A stretch of DNA of 61,554 bases, filler included, from Thermodesulfobacteriota bacterium (GTDB taxonomy: Bacteria > DASVDK01): NCBI GenBank assembly GCA_036381125.1. It is 6 parts of 6 records of this genome, joined end to end, with 100 filler letters (N's around TTAATTAATTAA, not from the genome) between each part and the next. Parts side by side here need not be neighbours in the genome. Positions count along the whole stretch, not along the records: positions 24,549 to 49,022 come from DASVDK010000362.1; 5 more parts are not named here. The stretch is one strand, 5' to 3'. The position numbers were made by a program, and so were the translations under genes. The notes below the pieces were generated by a model, which saw only the letters and a program-made list of their open reading frames with translations, had not been told where the DNA came from and made no database searches. Each line of letters begins with the position of its first letter. Position 1 is the stretch's first letter. Below, piece after piece: positions 31,532 to 40,562 of the stretch.

Positions 31532-32977
31532 TCACCGCCCTCCTGCCGCGGTCCCGCCCGCGGCCTCGTGCCATGGTCGATCGACCCCTTCCCGGCGCAG
31601 GCCTCCGAGCAGCTCGGCGACGGCGCCGGCCGACAGCGTCTCGATGCGCGCGAGCGCCTCGAGCGTGCGCGACACCCCGGCCGGCCCGAGGAGGAGGCCG
31701 AGGCACCCGCGAGCCTTGTCCGCGAGGAGACGCCCCTCGATCGGCCTGCCCCAGATGCCGGGCGGCCCATCGCACCGGCGCTCGAGCGACCGGCCGTCGG
31801 CGAGGGTGACCTCGACCCGCACGTGCATCCGGTCGAAGCGGCCCTCGATGGCCGGGTCCTGGACCAGCTCGGTGCGGGCGAGCAGGCGCTCCATGTCGTC
31901 CGCGAAGCGGCGGGCGTCGGTGAAGCTCTCGATCCCCACCCGCCCGTCGAGCAGCGCGACGGCGGCCGCGTACTGGAAGCTGAACTTCCCCGCCAGGCCG
32001 CCGGCCGGCCTCGGCCGATCGACGTACGGCATGACGGGGGTGGTGATGCGCACCCGCTCGATGCCGGCGCCCGGCGGCAGCGCGGCGTGCAGGTCGAGCG
32101 CGGCGGCGATGGCGAAGTGCGTGCCGTACTGGCTCGGGAACACCTTGAAGGCGGGCCCCGGGTCGACGACGTGCAGCGTCTCGACCGGCGCGACGAGGCG
32201 CGACGGGTCGAAGGCCTCGCCGAAGAACGCGTAGCCGAAGCCGCGGCGGCCGGCCAGGGCGTCGGGGTCGGCGGTGAACCCGCGGCCGGCGAGGAGGGCG
32301 GCGTCGAGCCCCGCGGCCGCGGCGTCGCCGCAGTGGAGCCCCTTGGTCATGCTGCCGACGTTGACCAGCACCGCCCCGGCCCGCGACGCGGCGATCCCGA
32401 GGGCGTGCGCGAGCCGCTCGGCGTCGAGCCCGAGGAGCACGGCGCTCGCCGCGGCGGCGCCGAGGGGGCCGACCACGCCCGGCGGATGGAACGTGAGCTG
32501 TGCGGGCTCGTACTGGCCCGACGCGAGCCGCAGCCGCGCCTGCGCCTCGATGCCGACGGCCAGCGCGAGGAGGAGCCGCTCGCCGTCGGGGACCGCCCGC
32601 GCCGCCGGCCCCGGCAGCTCGACGCCGCGCGACAGGGTCTCGCCGAGGGCGAGGATCGCCGGCAGCGTGGTGGAGACGGCGTGGTTGGGCGGGTTCCACA
32701 TCGGCTCCCAGTCGAGGACGTGCATCGCCGCCCCGTTCGTCCGGGCGGCGGCGACCGGGTCGGTGCGGAAGCCCTGGCCGATGACGGTGGCGACCGGCGC
32801 GCCGCCGGCGGCGGCGGCCTGCGCCGCCAGGAGGCGCGGCCCCTCCTCGAGGCTGCCGGCCGCGGCGATGGCGACGCCGTCGACCACGAGATCGCGGCAC
32901 GTCGCGCGCTCGGCGTCGGTCAGCCCGCGGGCGGCGACGGTGAGGAGCAGCCGGGCGAAGTCCGCCGTCAGGCTCAT
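31532..32977 (-). CDS. MmgE/PrpD family protein with ACOD1/IRG1 (cis-aconitate decarboxylase)-like motifs (copy 2)
   Basis: HVLDWEPMWNPPNH, FHPPGVVG, TKGLH, AFKVFPSQYGTH, PYVDRPRP, FSFQY, GIWGRP. Confidence 0.88.
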   Translation of the reverse strand: MSLTADFARLLLTVAARGLTDAERATCRDLVVDGVAIAAAGSLEEGPRLLAAQAAAAGGAPVATVIGQGFRTDPVAAARTNGAAMHVLDWEPMWNPPNHAVSTTLPAILALGETLSRGVELPGPAARAVPDGERLLLALAVGIEAQARLRLASGQYEPAQLTFHPPGVVGPLGAAAASAVLLGLDAERLAHALGIAASRAGAVLVNVGSMTKGLHCGDAAAAGLDAALLAGRGFTADPDALAGRRGFGYAFFGEAFDPSRLVAPVETLHVVDPGPAFKVFPSQYGTHFAIAAALDLHAALPPGAGIERVRITTPVMPYVDRPRPAGGLAGKFSFQYAAAVALLDGRVGIESFTDARRFADDMERLLARTELVQDPAIEGRFDRMHVRVEVTLADGRSLERRCDGPPGIWGRPIEGRLLADKARGCLGLLLGPAGVSRTLEALARIETLSAGAVAELLGGLRREGVDRPWHEAAGGTAAGGR

Positions 32978-34347
32978 GCCGCCGGCCGCTCGAGAAGCCC
33001 GAGGAGGTCGCCGGCGGACCACCGGTCGAGGTCGCCGACGGCGGCCTCGACGCGCCCCGCCCCCGCCTCGCCGAGGATCGGCGCGGCCAGCGCCCGGAAC
33101 TTCGCGCGCAGGGCGGCGTCGCGGCCGGGGTTGGCCGGCGACCCGGACGGGTCGAGCACGTCGACGCGACGGAACCGGCCGGGCGCCTCCTCGATCTCGA
33201 CCCAGCCGGCGAAGCGGCCGGGATAGATCGCGTCGAGCGCCGGGTCGTGGACCACCTCGATCGACTCGGCCAGGGCGGTGACGGTCCGGTCGGCGATGCG
33301 GTCGGGCGCGAACTGCCGCGGCAGGACCGCGCCGTCGGCGAGCGCCACGGCCACGCAGTAGCGGAGGCTCATCTGGGCGTTGAGGGCGGTGCCGGGGCGG
33401 TAGGGGTAGCCGCACTGGACGTCCACCACGCGGGCGACGCCGGCGCGCACGCGCGCCCCGGGCCGGTAGCTCCCCCGGAGGGCGAGCGCGGCGTCGATGT
33501 GGGGGTGCACGCTGCCGCAGCACGAGTACGGCTTGAAGGTCGTCTCGGCGGCGTGCCAGGCGGCGCCGAGACCGCCGACGAGGCGCCCCGGATCCGAGTG
33601 GTCGGAGAAGGCCTCGAGGAGCCCGCCGTCGGCCGCCTCGTACACGCTGGTCGGCCCGGTGAAGCCGAGCGCGGCGAGCTCCGCCGCGAGGACGCCCGAC
33701 TGCGCGGACCGCCCGGGATGGAACCGCTTGCTCATCGACCCGTCGGCGTTGAAGGCGAAGAGGCCGGCGGACTGGGTGCCGGCGAGGCCGAGCGCCCACG
33801 CGGTCCGCTCCGCGTCGAAGCCGAGGAGGATGGCCGCCGCCGCCGCCGCGCCGAACGTGCCGCAGACGCCGGTCAGGTGCCAGCCGCGCAGGCGGGCGTG
33901 CGACGGCTCGAGGGCGAGCGCCGTGCGGATCATCACCTCGTAGCCGGCGACGATGGCCGTCTCGAGCCGCTCCCCCCCGGCGCCGTACGCCTCCGCCGTG
34001 GCGAGCGCCGCCGGGACGACGACCGCGCCGGGGTGGAGCTTCGCGTTGTGGAAGTCGTCCAGCTCGAAGGCGTGGGCGGCGACGCCGTTGACCAGCGCGG
34101 CGTCGCTCGGGCGCAGGTTGCCGCGGCCGCTCCCCCACCGGCGGGCCAGCGGCGCCTCGCCGCCGGGCGCCCACCGCGACGCCCAGTCGGCGACGATCCC
34201 GGTCCACGGCTGGTCCATGCCGGCGAGGCCGACGCCGAGCGTGTCGAGGACGAAGAGGCGGACGGCGCGGCGGACCGGCTCCGGGACGTCCTCGTGCCGC
34301 AGCCCGGCCAGCCAGCCGGCGACGGTCCTCGTGACCCCCTCGCTCAC
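32974..34347 (-). CDS. MmgE/PrpD family protein (copy 3)
   Basis: AHAFELDDFH...LHPGAVV, GWHLTG, SKRFHPG, FKPYSCC, AQMSLRY; GTG start overlaps the prpF stop. Confidence 0.92.
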   Translation of the reverse strand: MSEGVTRTVAGWLAGLRHEDVPEPVRRAVRLFVLDTLGVGLAGMDQPWTGIVADWASRWAPGGEAPLARRWGSGRGNLRPSDAALVNGVAAHAFELDDFHNAKLHPGAVVVPAALATAEAYGAGGERLETAIVAGYEVMIRTALALEPSHARLRGWHLTGVCGTFGAAAAAAILLGFDAERTAWALGLAGTQSAGLFAFNADGSMSKRFHPGRSAQSGVLAAELAALGFTGPTSVYEAADGGLLEAFSDHSDPGRLVGGLGAAWHAAETTFKPYSCCGSVHPHIDAALALRGSYRPGARVRAGVARVVDVQCGYPYRPGTALNAQMSLRYCVAVALADGAVLPRQFAPDRIADRTVTALAESIEVVHDPALDAIYPGRFAGWVEIEEAPGRFRRVDVLDPSGSPANPGRDAALRAKFRALAAPILGEAGAGRVEAAVGDLDRWSAGDLLGLLERPAA

Positions 34348-35519
34348 GCGGCGACTCCCGACCGGCGGTAGAACACGTAGCCCTCGAAGAGCCGGCGCGC
34401 GGTGCGGTAGACCGTGGCGTACTCGGCCCTGAAGCCGGCGCCGGGCCCCCCCGCCCCGTTGCGCGTGACCGCCGCGTTCACGACGGTGACCCCCGACGCG
34501 TGCGCGATCCGGATGTCCGCATCCGGCCTGGCCGGCGGGGCGGCCAGCTCGTGGGGGAGGCTCCCCTCGATGCGCGTCGCGACGGCGAGGCACATGGCGC
34601 CGGTCAGCGGCACGGCCCGGTGGGGCTGGCCGATGGAGATCATCCGCACGGCGATGTCCATGTCCTCGGGCGCGAGCGTCCGCCCCGACAGCGTCGTGGC
34701 CGGCCGCGGCGCCGCCACCATCGCCACCTTGGGCACGCTCGGGATCGCCCGCGCGCGCTCCGGGTCGGGCGCGAGCCCCATGGCCACCGATGCGGCGCAG
34801 CGGATGGCCTCGAGGCGCGCCATCCGCTCGCGGTCCCGCTCCAGCGCCTCGGGGGCCTCGCTGCCGTCGCACCCCAGGTCCGACGCCGCGACGAAGACGC
34901 AGGGGTTGGCGGCGTCGACGAGGCTCGCCCGGACGCGGCCGACGCCGGCGACCTCGAGGACGTCCACCGGCCGGCCGGTCGGCAGGAGCCGGCCCGTCTT
35001 CGCGCCGCCGGGGTCGGTGAAGTCGAGCCGGATCGGCGCCCCCGCCCCGGCGACGCCGTCCAGCACGAAGTCGCCGTCGACGGCCGCCCGGTCCCCCTCC
35101 AGGTCGAAGCGGGCGACGATGATCTTCCGCGTGTTGGTGTTGTGGATCCGGACCGTCGCCCGTCGGCCGGTCGCCCGGACGATCCCCTCGTCGACGCTGA
35201 ACGGGCCGATCGCCGACGACATGTTCCCGCAGTTGCCGCTGTAGTCGACCGATGCCTCCCGGACCGACACCTGGCCGAACGTGTAGTCGACGTCGGCGTC
35301 CGGCCGGCTCGGCGGGCCGACGATGCAGACCTTCGAGAGCGACGAGATGCCGCCCCCCATGCCGTCGAGCTGCCGCCCGTTCGGATCGGGCGAGCCCATG
35401 GCGGCGAGGAAGAGCCGGTCCCGGGCCGCCGCGTCGGCCGGGAGGTCCTCGGCGCGGAAGACGATGCCCTTCGATGTCCCGCCGCGCATGAAGACGGCGC
35501 GGACCTTCCCCTGCGCCAC
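34344..35519 (-). CDS. prpF: PrpF/FldA family isomerase (aconitate isomerase / 4-oxalomesaconate tautomerase-like)
   Basis: MRGGTSKG, QLDGMGGGISSLSK, GNCGNMSSA, HRAVPLTG, RTARRLFEG. Confidence 0.9.
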   Translation of the reverse strand: MAQGKVRAVFMRGGTSKGIVFRAEDLPADAAARDRLFLAAMGSPDPNGRQLDGMGGGISSLSKVCIVGPPSRPDADVDYTFGQVSVREASVDYSGNCGNMSSAIGPFSVDEGIVRATGRRATVRIHNTNTRKIIVARFDLEGDRAAVDGDFVLDGVAGAGAPIRLDFTDPGGAKTGRLLPTGRPVDVLEVAGVGRVRASLVDAANPCVFVAASDLGCDGSEAPEALERDRERMARLEAIRCAASVAMGLAPDPERARAIPSVPKVAMVAAPRPATTLSGRTLAPEDMDIAVRMISIGQPHRAVPLTGAMCLAVATRIEGSLPHELAAPPARPDADIRIAHASGVTVVNAAVTRNGAGGPGAGFRAEYATVYRTARRLFEGYVFYRRSGVAA

Positions 35520-35529
35520 GTCGGTCCCC

Positions 35530-37026
35530 CTAGCCGCGCGCGAGGCGGGCGGCCGAGGCGCCCGCGAGGCGCCCGAAGACGGCGCCCGAGGTGAGGCCGG
35601 TCCCGCCCGGGTAGTTGTAGTGGAAGATGTTGCCGACCATCTCGCCGCAGGCGAAGAGCCCCGTGATGGGACGCCAGCCGGTGTCGAGCACCCGCGCCTG
35701 GTCGTCGATCTTGAGGCCGCCGAACGAGAAGGTGATGCCGCCGGTGCAGGGATAGCAGACGAACGGCGGGGTGTCGAGCCGCTGGGCCCAGTTGGACTTG
35801 GGCGGCGTGAGCCCCTTCGTGCACATGCCGTCGAGGATGCCCGGATTGAACGTCCCGTGGCCGGCCGCCGCGTTGTACTCGTCGAGCGTCCGGCGGGCCG
35901 TCGCGCGGTCGATCGGCAGCTTCTCGAGCAACCCGTCGAGGGTGTCGGCCACGATCGGCTCGCTCGTGGCGTAGCGCCCCTCGAGCAGGTGCACGACCTT
36001 CTGGTCGAAGATCTGGTAGGCGACCGAGTCCGGCTGGTTCAGGATGATGCCGCCGAACTTCGCGTAGGTGAAGAACTGGAAGTCCTCCGCCTCGTCGACG
36101 AACCGGAGGCCCGCCTTGTTGAGCATCACGCCGTAGGGGTACGAGAGCCGGTTCGTCTTGTCGGTCAGCTCCGACACGCCGTACGGAGGGCTGTCGGCGT
36201 TGATGGGGGTGGCGTGGCAGCCGCTCCACTGGCCGATCGGCATCGCGCCGATCTCGAGCGCCATGCGCAGGCCGTCGCCCTGGTTGTGCCGCGTGCCGCG
36301 CACCTTGGCGTGATCCCAGGGCCGGCCGAGGTACTGGGCGCGCCAGGCCTGGTTCGCCTCGAAGCCGCCGCAGCCGAGCACGACGGCCCGCGCCGGGATC
36401 GTCTCGATCCCCGCCGGGCCCTGGACCTCGATGCCGCGGACGTGGCCGGCGGCGTCCTGCACGAGGCGGCTCGCCCGGCTGTCGTAGCGGATCTCGACCC
36501 CCTTCGACTCGGCGATCGCGAACCACGAGCGCGACAGGCCGACCCCCTCGTGCACCGCGCGGATCACGGCCCCCTTCGGCCACTTGATCTTGCCGTCCAC
36601 CTTGACGCCGCCGAGCGAGACGGCCGGCTCCATCTCGATGCCGAGGCCGGCCATCCAGCGGACCGTGGCGTAGGAGTTGCCGATCAGGATGCCGGACAGC
36701 TCCGGGTCGGAGCGGCCGTTGGTGACCCGCAGGAGGTCCTCCCGGAACGCCGACGCCGGGTAGGTCTCGATCCCCTCGAGGAAGCCCTCGAGCTTCGCGG
36801 CGCTCGGGCACACCTCGAGGATCTGGTCGACGGAGTCGTAGGCGAAGCGCAGGAGGCCGCCGCTGAAGTGCGTGTTGCCGCCGCGCGCCTCGCGCGGCGC
36901 CTTCTCGAGCACCAGCACGCGGGCCGCCCCGCTCTCCTTCGCCGATACCGCTGCCGCCAGCGCCGCGTTGCCGGCGCCCACGACGACCACGTCGTACGCC
37001 TTCCCCTTCGATGCCCGTCCGCTCAC
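35530..37026 (-). CDS. tcuA: TcuA-like FAD-dependent tricarballylate dehydrogenase family flavoprotein
   Basis: YDVVVVGAGNAAL.AA, RGGNTHF, GGFEAN, YLGRPWDHAKVRGT..N.GDG, GGITFSFGGL, YPGGTGLTSGAVFG; family-level call. Confidence 0.85.
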   Translation of the reverse strand: MSGRASKGKAYDVVVVGAGNAALAAAVSAKESGAARVLVLEKAPREARGGNTHFSGGLLRFAYDSVDQILEVCPSAAKLEGFLEGIETYPASAFREDLLRVTNGRSDPELSGILIGNSYATVRWMAGLGIEMEPAVSLGGVKVDGKIKWPKGAVIRAVHEGVGLSRSWFAIAESKGVEIRYDSRASRLVQDAAGHVRGIEVQGPAGIETIPARAVVLGCGGFEANQAWRAQYLGRPWDHAKVRGTRHNQGDGLRMALEIGAMPIGQWSGCHATPINADSPPYGVSELTDKTNRLSYPYGVMLNKAGLRFVDEAEDFQFFTYAKFGGIILNQPDSVAYQIFDQKVVHLLEGRYATSEPIVADTLDGLLEKLPIDRATARRTLDEYNAAAGHGTFNPGILDGMCTKGLTPPKSNWAQRLDTPPFVCYPCTGGITFSFGGLKIDDQARVLDTGWRPITGLFACGEMVGNIFHYNYPGGTGLTSGAVFGRLAGASAARLARG

Positions 37027-37303
37027 CGCAACCCTCTCCTCAGTCGTGTCCTGGATCCGACCACTTCTCGAGCATTCGCGCCCACGCGGCAGCGCGCCGT
37101 GCGGCCGCTCGACGCGGTTCGCACGTCCCGCCCCGCCGGCCGGCCTCGGCAACGGCCGCCGCCCGGTCCGTCCTCGAGCTCGCGGTCCCGCGGACGGCTC
37201 CGCAGAACCGCATGGCGGACGCGGCCCGGCCTCACCTGCGAGGCGCGCGACTGCGCCCCGACTCGCCCGGAATTCCGCTTGACCTTACCATGCGAATGAC
37301 GTT

Positions 37304-37342
37304 TCATACAAGAACGTATACTCGCGTATCCGCCTGTATACA
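37304..37342. promoter_or_regulatory. Cluster of GntR(FadR/FCD)-type operator-like sites in the divergent intergenic region
   Basis: TCATACAAGA(37304), CGTATACT(37315), palindromic TGTATACA(37335-37342) in an AT-rich patch downstream of TTGACC(37279). Confidence 0.55.
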
Positions 37343-37687
37343 CTTGAGCATGGAGGCGTGTGGCCGGAACGACACGCAAGCGGCGAGCCCGTCGCGTCCG
37401 GAGTTCTCGTACCGCGCTCGACGCGACGCGGCCATCCCGGCACGGGCTCGGGGCTCCCGGTCCGACGCGAAGGCGGAGAGGGTGAGCCGAGACGGGGCGA
37501 ACCGCCGGCACCCGATCTCGTGTCGCCGCGTGCGGCGGCGAGTCGGCGACGCGACGATGGACGCCCCCGACACCGACCCCGGCCGAGCCCCCCGTGGCCT
37601 CCTCGTGCGACGGCTCGACCCGCCGGCGCCGGAGCGCCCGGCCGGCGGGGGCCGCATCGGGGACTTCTGCTTCTCGGGCACGAAGCG

Positions 37688-37882
37688 ATGAGCGAAGCCG
37701 AAACGAAGCGACTGGCGAGCGCGGCAGGGCTCGCGAGACTGGATGCTCGCCACCTGGACCAGCTCGCCAGGAGCATCGACAAGAGCCGCTCGCATACGAG
37801 CCGGCTGCCGAAGGACCTGGCCTGGAACGAGGAGGTCGCCTTCACGTTCCGACCTCGCCCCAACCTCAGGACGAACCGGTGA
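37688..37882 (+). CDS. Small (64 aa) putative amidase partner protein (AtzG/GatC-like)
   Basis: LASAAGL..L...HL.QL...LP.DL.WNEE.AFTF pattern; stop overlaps the amidase GTG (GTGA). Confidence 0.55.
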   Translation: MSEAETKRLASAAGLARLDARHLDQLARSIDKSRSHTSRLPKDLAWNEEVAFTFRPRPNLRTNR

Positions 37883-39279
37883 CCGAACTGGCCTTCGTCG
37901 GCGTCGCTCGCGCGGCCGAGATGATCCGGGCGAAGGAGCTGTCGCCGGTCGAGTATACGCAGCAGCTCCTCGCCCGGATCGACCGGATCGATGCGCGGCT
38001 GCACGCGTTCCTGAGCGTCTGTGCGGATCGCGCGCTCGCCGCGGCCCGAGAGGCGGAGCGCGAGATCATGGCCGGCGCCTACCGCGGGCCTCTGCACGGC
38101 GTCCCGTTCGCGCTGAAGGACGTCATCGATGCGGCCGGACTGAGGACCACCGCGCATTCGAGGCTCCTGAGGGAGAACGTCGCTGCGGAGGACGCCTTCG
38201 TCACGTCCCGGCTGCGCGCGGCCGGGGCCGTGCTCCTCGGAAAGCTGTCGACCCACGAGTTCGCCATCGGCGGTCCATCCTTCGACCTGCCCTGGCCGCC
38301 CGCCGTCAATCCGTGGGGTACGCGGCGCTTTCCGGGAGGATCGTCGAGCGGCTCCGGCGTCGCGGTGGCCGCGGGACTGGTGCCCGCATCGCTCGGCACG
38401 GACACGGCCGGATCGATCCGGAATCCCGCGTCGATGTGCGGCGTGACCGGCATGAAGCCGACGTACGGACTCGTCAGTCGACGCGGCGTCTTCCCGCTGG
38501 CCTATTCGCTCGATCACGTCGGCCCGATCACCCGCTCCGTCGAGGACAACGCGCTGGTGCTCCAGGCCATCGCGGGCCACGACCCGGGGGACCCCGGCAG
38601 CGCGTCGGTCGCGGTGCCCGATTACTCGGCCGACCTGCACCGCGGCGTGGCGGGCGTTCGGATCGGGCTGGTGCGCCACTTCTACACGGAAGACGCCGAG
38701 CCGGCGGACCGGGAACAGATCGCCGCCATCGATGCCGCGGTGGCCGTCTTCCGGGATCTCGGGGCCGAGGTCAGGGAGGTCCGGCTCCCTCCCCTTTCCG
38801 ATTTCGCGACCTGTGCCCGGATCATCCTGAGCTCCGAGGCATTCGCGATCCATCGAGGCTGGCTGGCGGCTCGCGCGGACGAGTACGGCGAGCTCGCGCG
38901 GGCCCGCATCCTCGAAGGGGCCGGCGTCACGGCCGCGGACTACATCGACGCGCAGCGCTTGCGCACGCGCCTGTGCCGTCTGACGCAGGACGCCATGGCG
39001 GACGTCGACGTGTGCGTAACCGCCTCCAGCTTCGACCCGGCGTGCGAGATCGACGACCCGGCGGCCATCGCCCGCGCGTATCCGCGCCAGGCCCGTCAGC
39101 CGTTCAACGTGACGGGGCAGCCGGCGATCGCGATACCGTGCGGCTTCACGAAGGACGGACTGCCGCTCTCGTTGCAGATCGTCGGGCATCCGTTCGAGGA
39201 AGCGACCGTGTACCGCGTCGCTCACGCGTACGAGCGTGCAACCCGTTGGATCGACCGGCATCCGCCGTGTGAGGCGTGA
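37879..39279 (+). CDS. Amidase signature family protein (GatA/AtzE-like)
   Basis: GPLHGVPFALKD, GGSSSGS, GTDTAGSIRNPA, SLDHVGP. Confidence 0.94.
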   Translation: MTELAFVGVARAAEMIRAKELSPVEYTQQLLARIDRIDARLHAFLSVCADRALAAAREAEREIMAGAYRGPLHGVPFALKDVIDAAGLRTTAHSRLLRENVAAEDAFVTSRLRAAGAVLLGKLSTHEFAIGGPSFDLPWPPAVNPWGTRRFPGGSSSGSGVAVAAGLVPASLGTDTAGSIRNPASMCGVTGMKPTYGLVSRRGVFPLAYSLDHVGPITRSVEDNALVLQAIAGHDPGDPGSASVAVPDYSADLHRGVAGVRIGLVRHFYTEDAEPADREQIAAIDAAVAVFRDLGAEVREVRLPPLSDFATCARIILSSEAFAIHRGWLAARADEYGELARARILEGAGVTAADYIDAQRLRTRLCRLTQDAMADVDVCVTASSFDPACEIDDPAAIARAYPRQARQPFNVTGQPAIAIPCGFTKDGLPLSLQIVGHPFEEATVYRVAHAYERATRWIDRHPPCEA

Positions 39280-39352
39280 CCCGATTCGAACAAACGGTCT
39301 CACGGGTACGTCGGATCGGGACCACCTGCCGCATCCCGAAGAGAGAGGACCG

Positions 39353-40351
39353 ATGAGAAAGCCCAGGATCGCCGTGATCGGCACGGGAGGAACGATCTCG
39401 TCCATCTCGGACCATTCCCTCGAGGTGCTCGACTATCCCGAGACGGGCCGGAAGATGGAGCCTGCGGAGGCGATCGAGCGGGTGCCCGAGGCCGCCCGCT
39501 TCGCCGACCTGGTTCCGCTCTCGTTTCGCGCCGTCGGCAGCACCAGGATATCGCCGCCCGACTGGATCGAGCTTGCGCAGCTCATCATGAGGACGGCGCG
39601 CGAGGAGGCCGACGTGCGCGGCTTCGTGGTCCTACACGGCACGGCGACCCTCGAGGAGACCGCGTACTTCCTGAACCTGGTGCTCAAGACCGACAGGCCC
39701 GTGGTTCTCGTCGGCGCCCAACGGCCGGCGAGCGCCGTCAGCTCGGACGTCGGCATGAACCTGGTCTCCGCCGTGCGGACGGCCGGCGATCCTCAGGCGG
39801 TCGGAAAGGGCGTGCTGGTGGTTCTGAACGACGAGATCCACAGCGCCCGGGATGCGAGCAAGACCTCCACGTATCGGCTGCAGACCTTTCGGAGCCGGGA
39901 CGTCGGGGTGCTGGGCCACGTGGACGGGGACGGCGTGTATTTCTACCGCTCTCCCCTGCGGCGGCACACGCTGACCTCGGTCTTCGACATTGCCGACGTG
40001 ACGGCGCTGCCGCGCGTCGACATCGTCTACTCGTACGCGGGCGCCGACGGCTGCGCCGTCGACGCCTTCGTTGCCGCGGGAGCGCGGGGGCTCGTGTCCG
40101 CGGGCCTGCCCCCGGGGCTCACGGCACCGCTCGAGCGGGCCGCCCTGGAGCGGGCGGCGCAGGCCGGCGTCCTGATCGTGCAGTCGAGCCGGGCCGGAAG
40201 CGGCCGCGTGGCCCGACGCACCTATCTCAAAGAGCACGCCATGGTGGCCGCGGACAATCTCAACCCGCAGAAGGCGAGGATCCTTCTGTCGCTTGCCCTG
40301 ACGAGGTCGAGTGATGCCGACCAGGTGCAGGAGCTCTTCGATACCCACTGA
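39353..40351 (+). CDS. L-asparaginase/glutaminase family protein
   Basis: IGTGGTIS, HGTATLEETAYFL, VGAQRP, NLNPQKARILL. Confidence 0.93.
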   Translation: MRKPRIAVIGTGGTISSISDHSLEVLDYPETGRKMEPAEAIERVPEAARFADLVPLSFRAVGSTRISPPDWIELAQLIMRTAREEADVRGFVVLHGTATLEETAYFLNLVLKTDRPVVLVGAQRPASAVSSDVGMNLVSAVRTAGDPQAVGKGVLVVLNDEIHSARDASKTSTYRLQTFRSRDVGVLGHVDGDGVYFYRSPLRRHTLTSVFDIADVTALPRVDIVYSYAGADGCAVDAFVAAGARGLVSAGLPPGLTAPLERAALERAAQAGVLIVQSSRAGSGRVARRTYLKEHAMVAADNLNPQKARILLSLALTRSSDADQVQELFDTH

Positions 40352-40562
40352 TCGGACGGCCCCTGGTCTCGCCGAACGCGCGGCGCCGCGCCGCCGGCAT
40401 CGCGCCGGCGCGGGCAGGCACTGGCCCTCGACCGTCGCCATGGATGCCCGTCGGGGCAGCTCGGAACACGTGGACGTCCAGGTCACGGGTGGAGATCCAC
40501 GCGTCACGAAGAACCGGCCGTCGATGAACCGGCCTCTTGGAAACCGTCATCGGGAGAGAACG

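Noticed and set aside
37879-39279. gatCA of the tRNA amidotransferase
   Set aside because: There is no gatB, the context is catabolic, and the small ORF is shorter than and unlike GatC.
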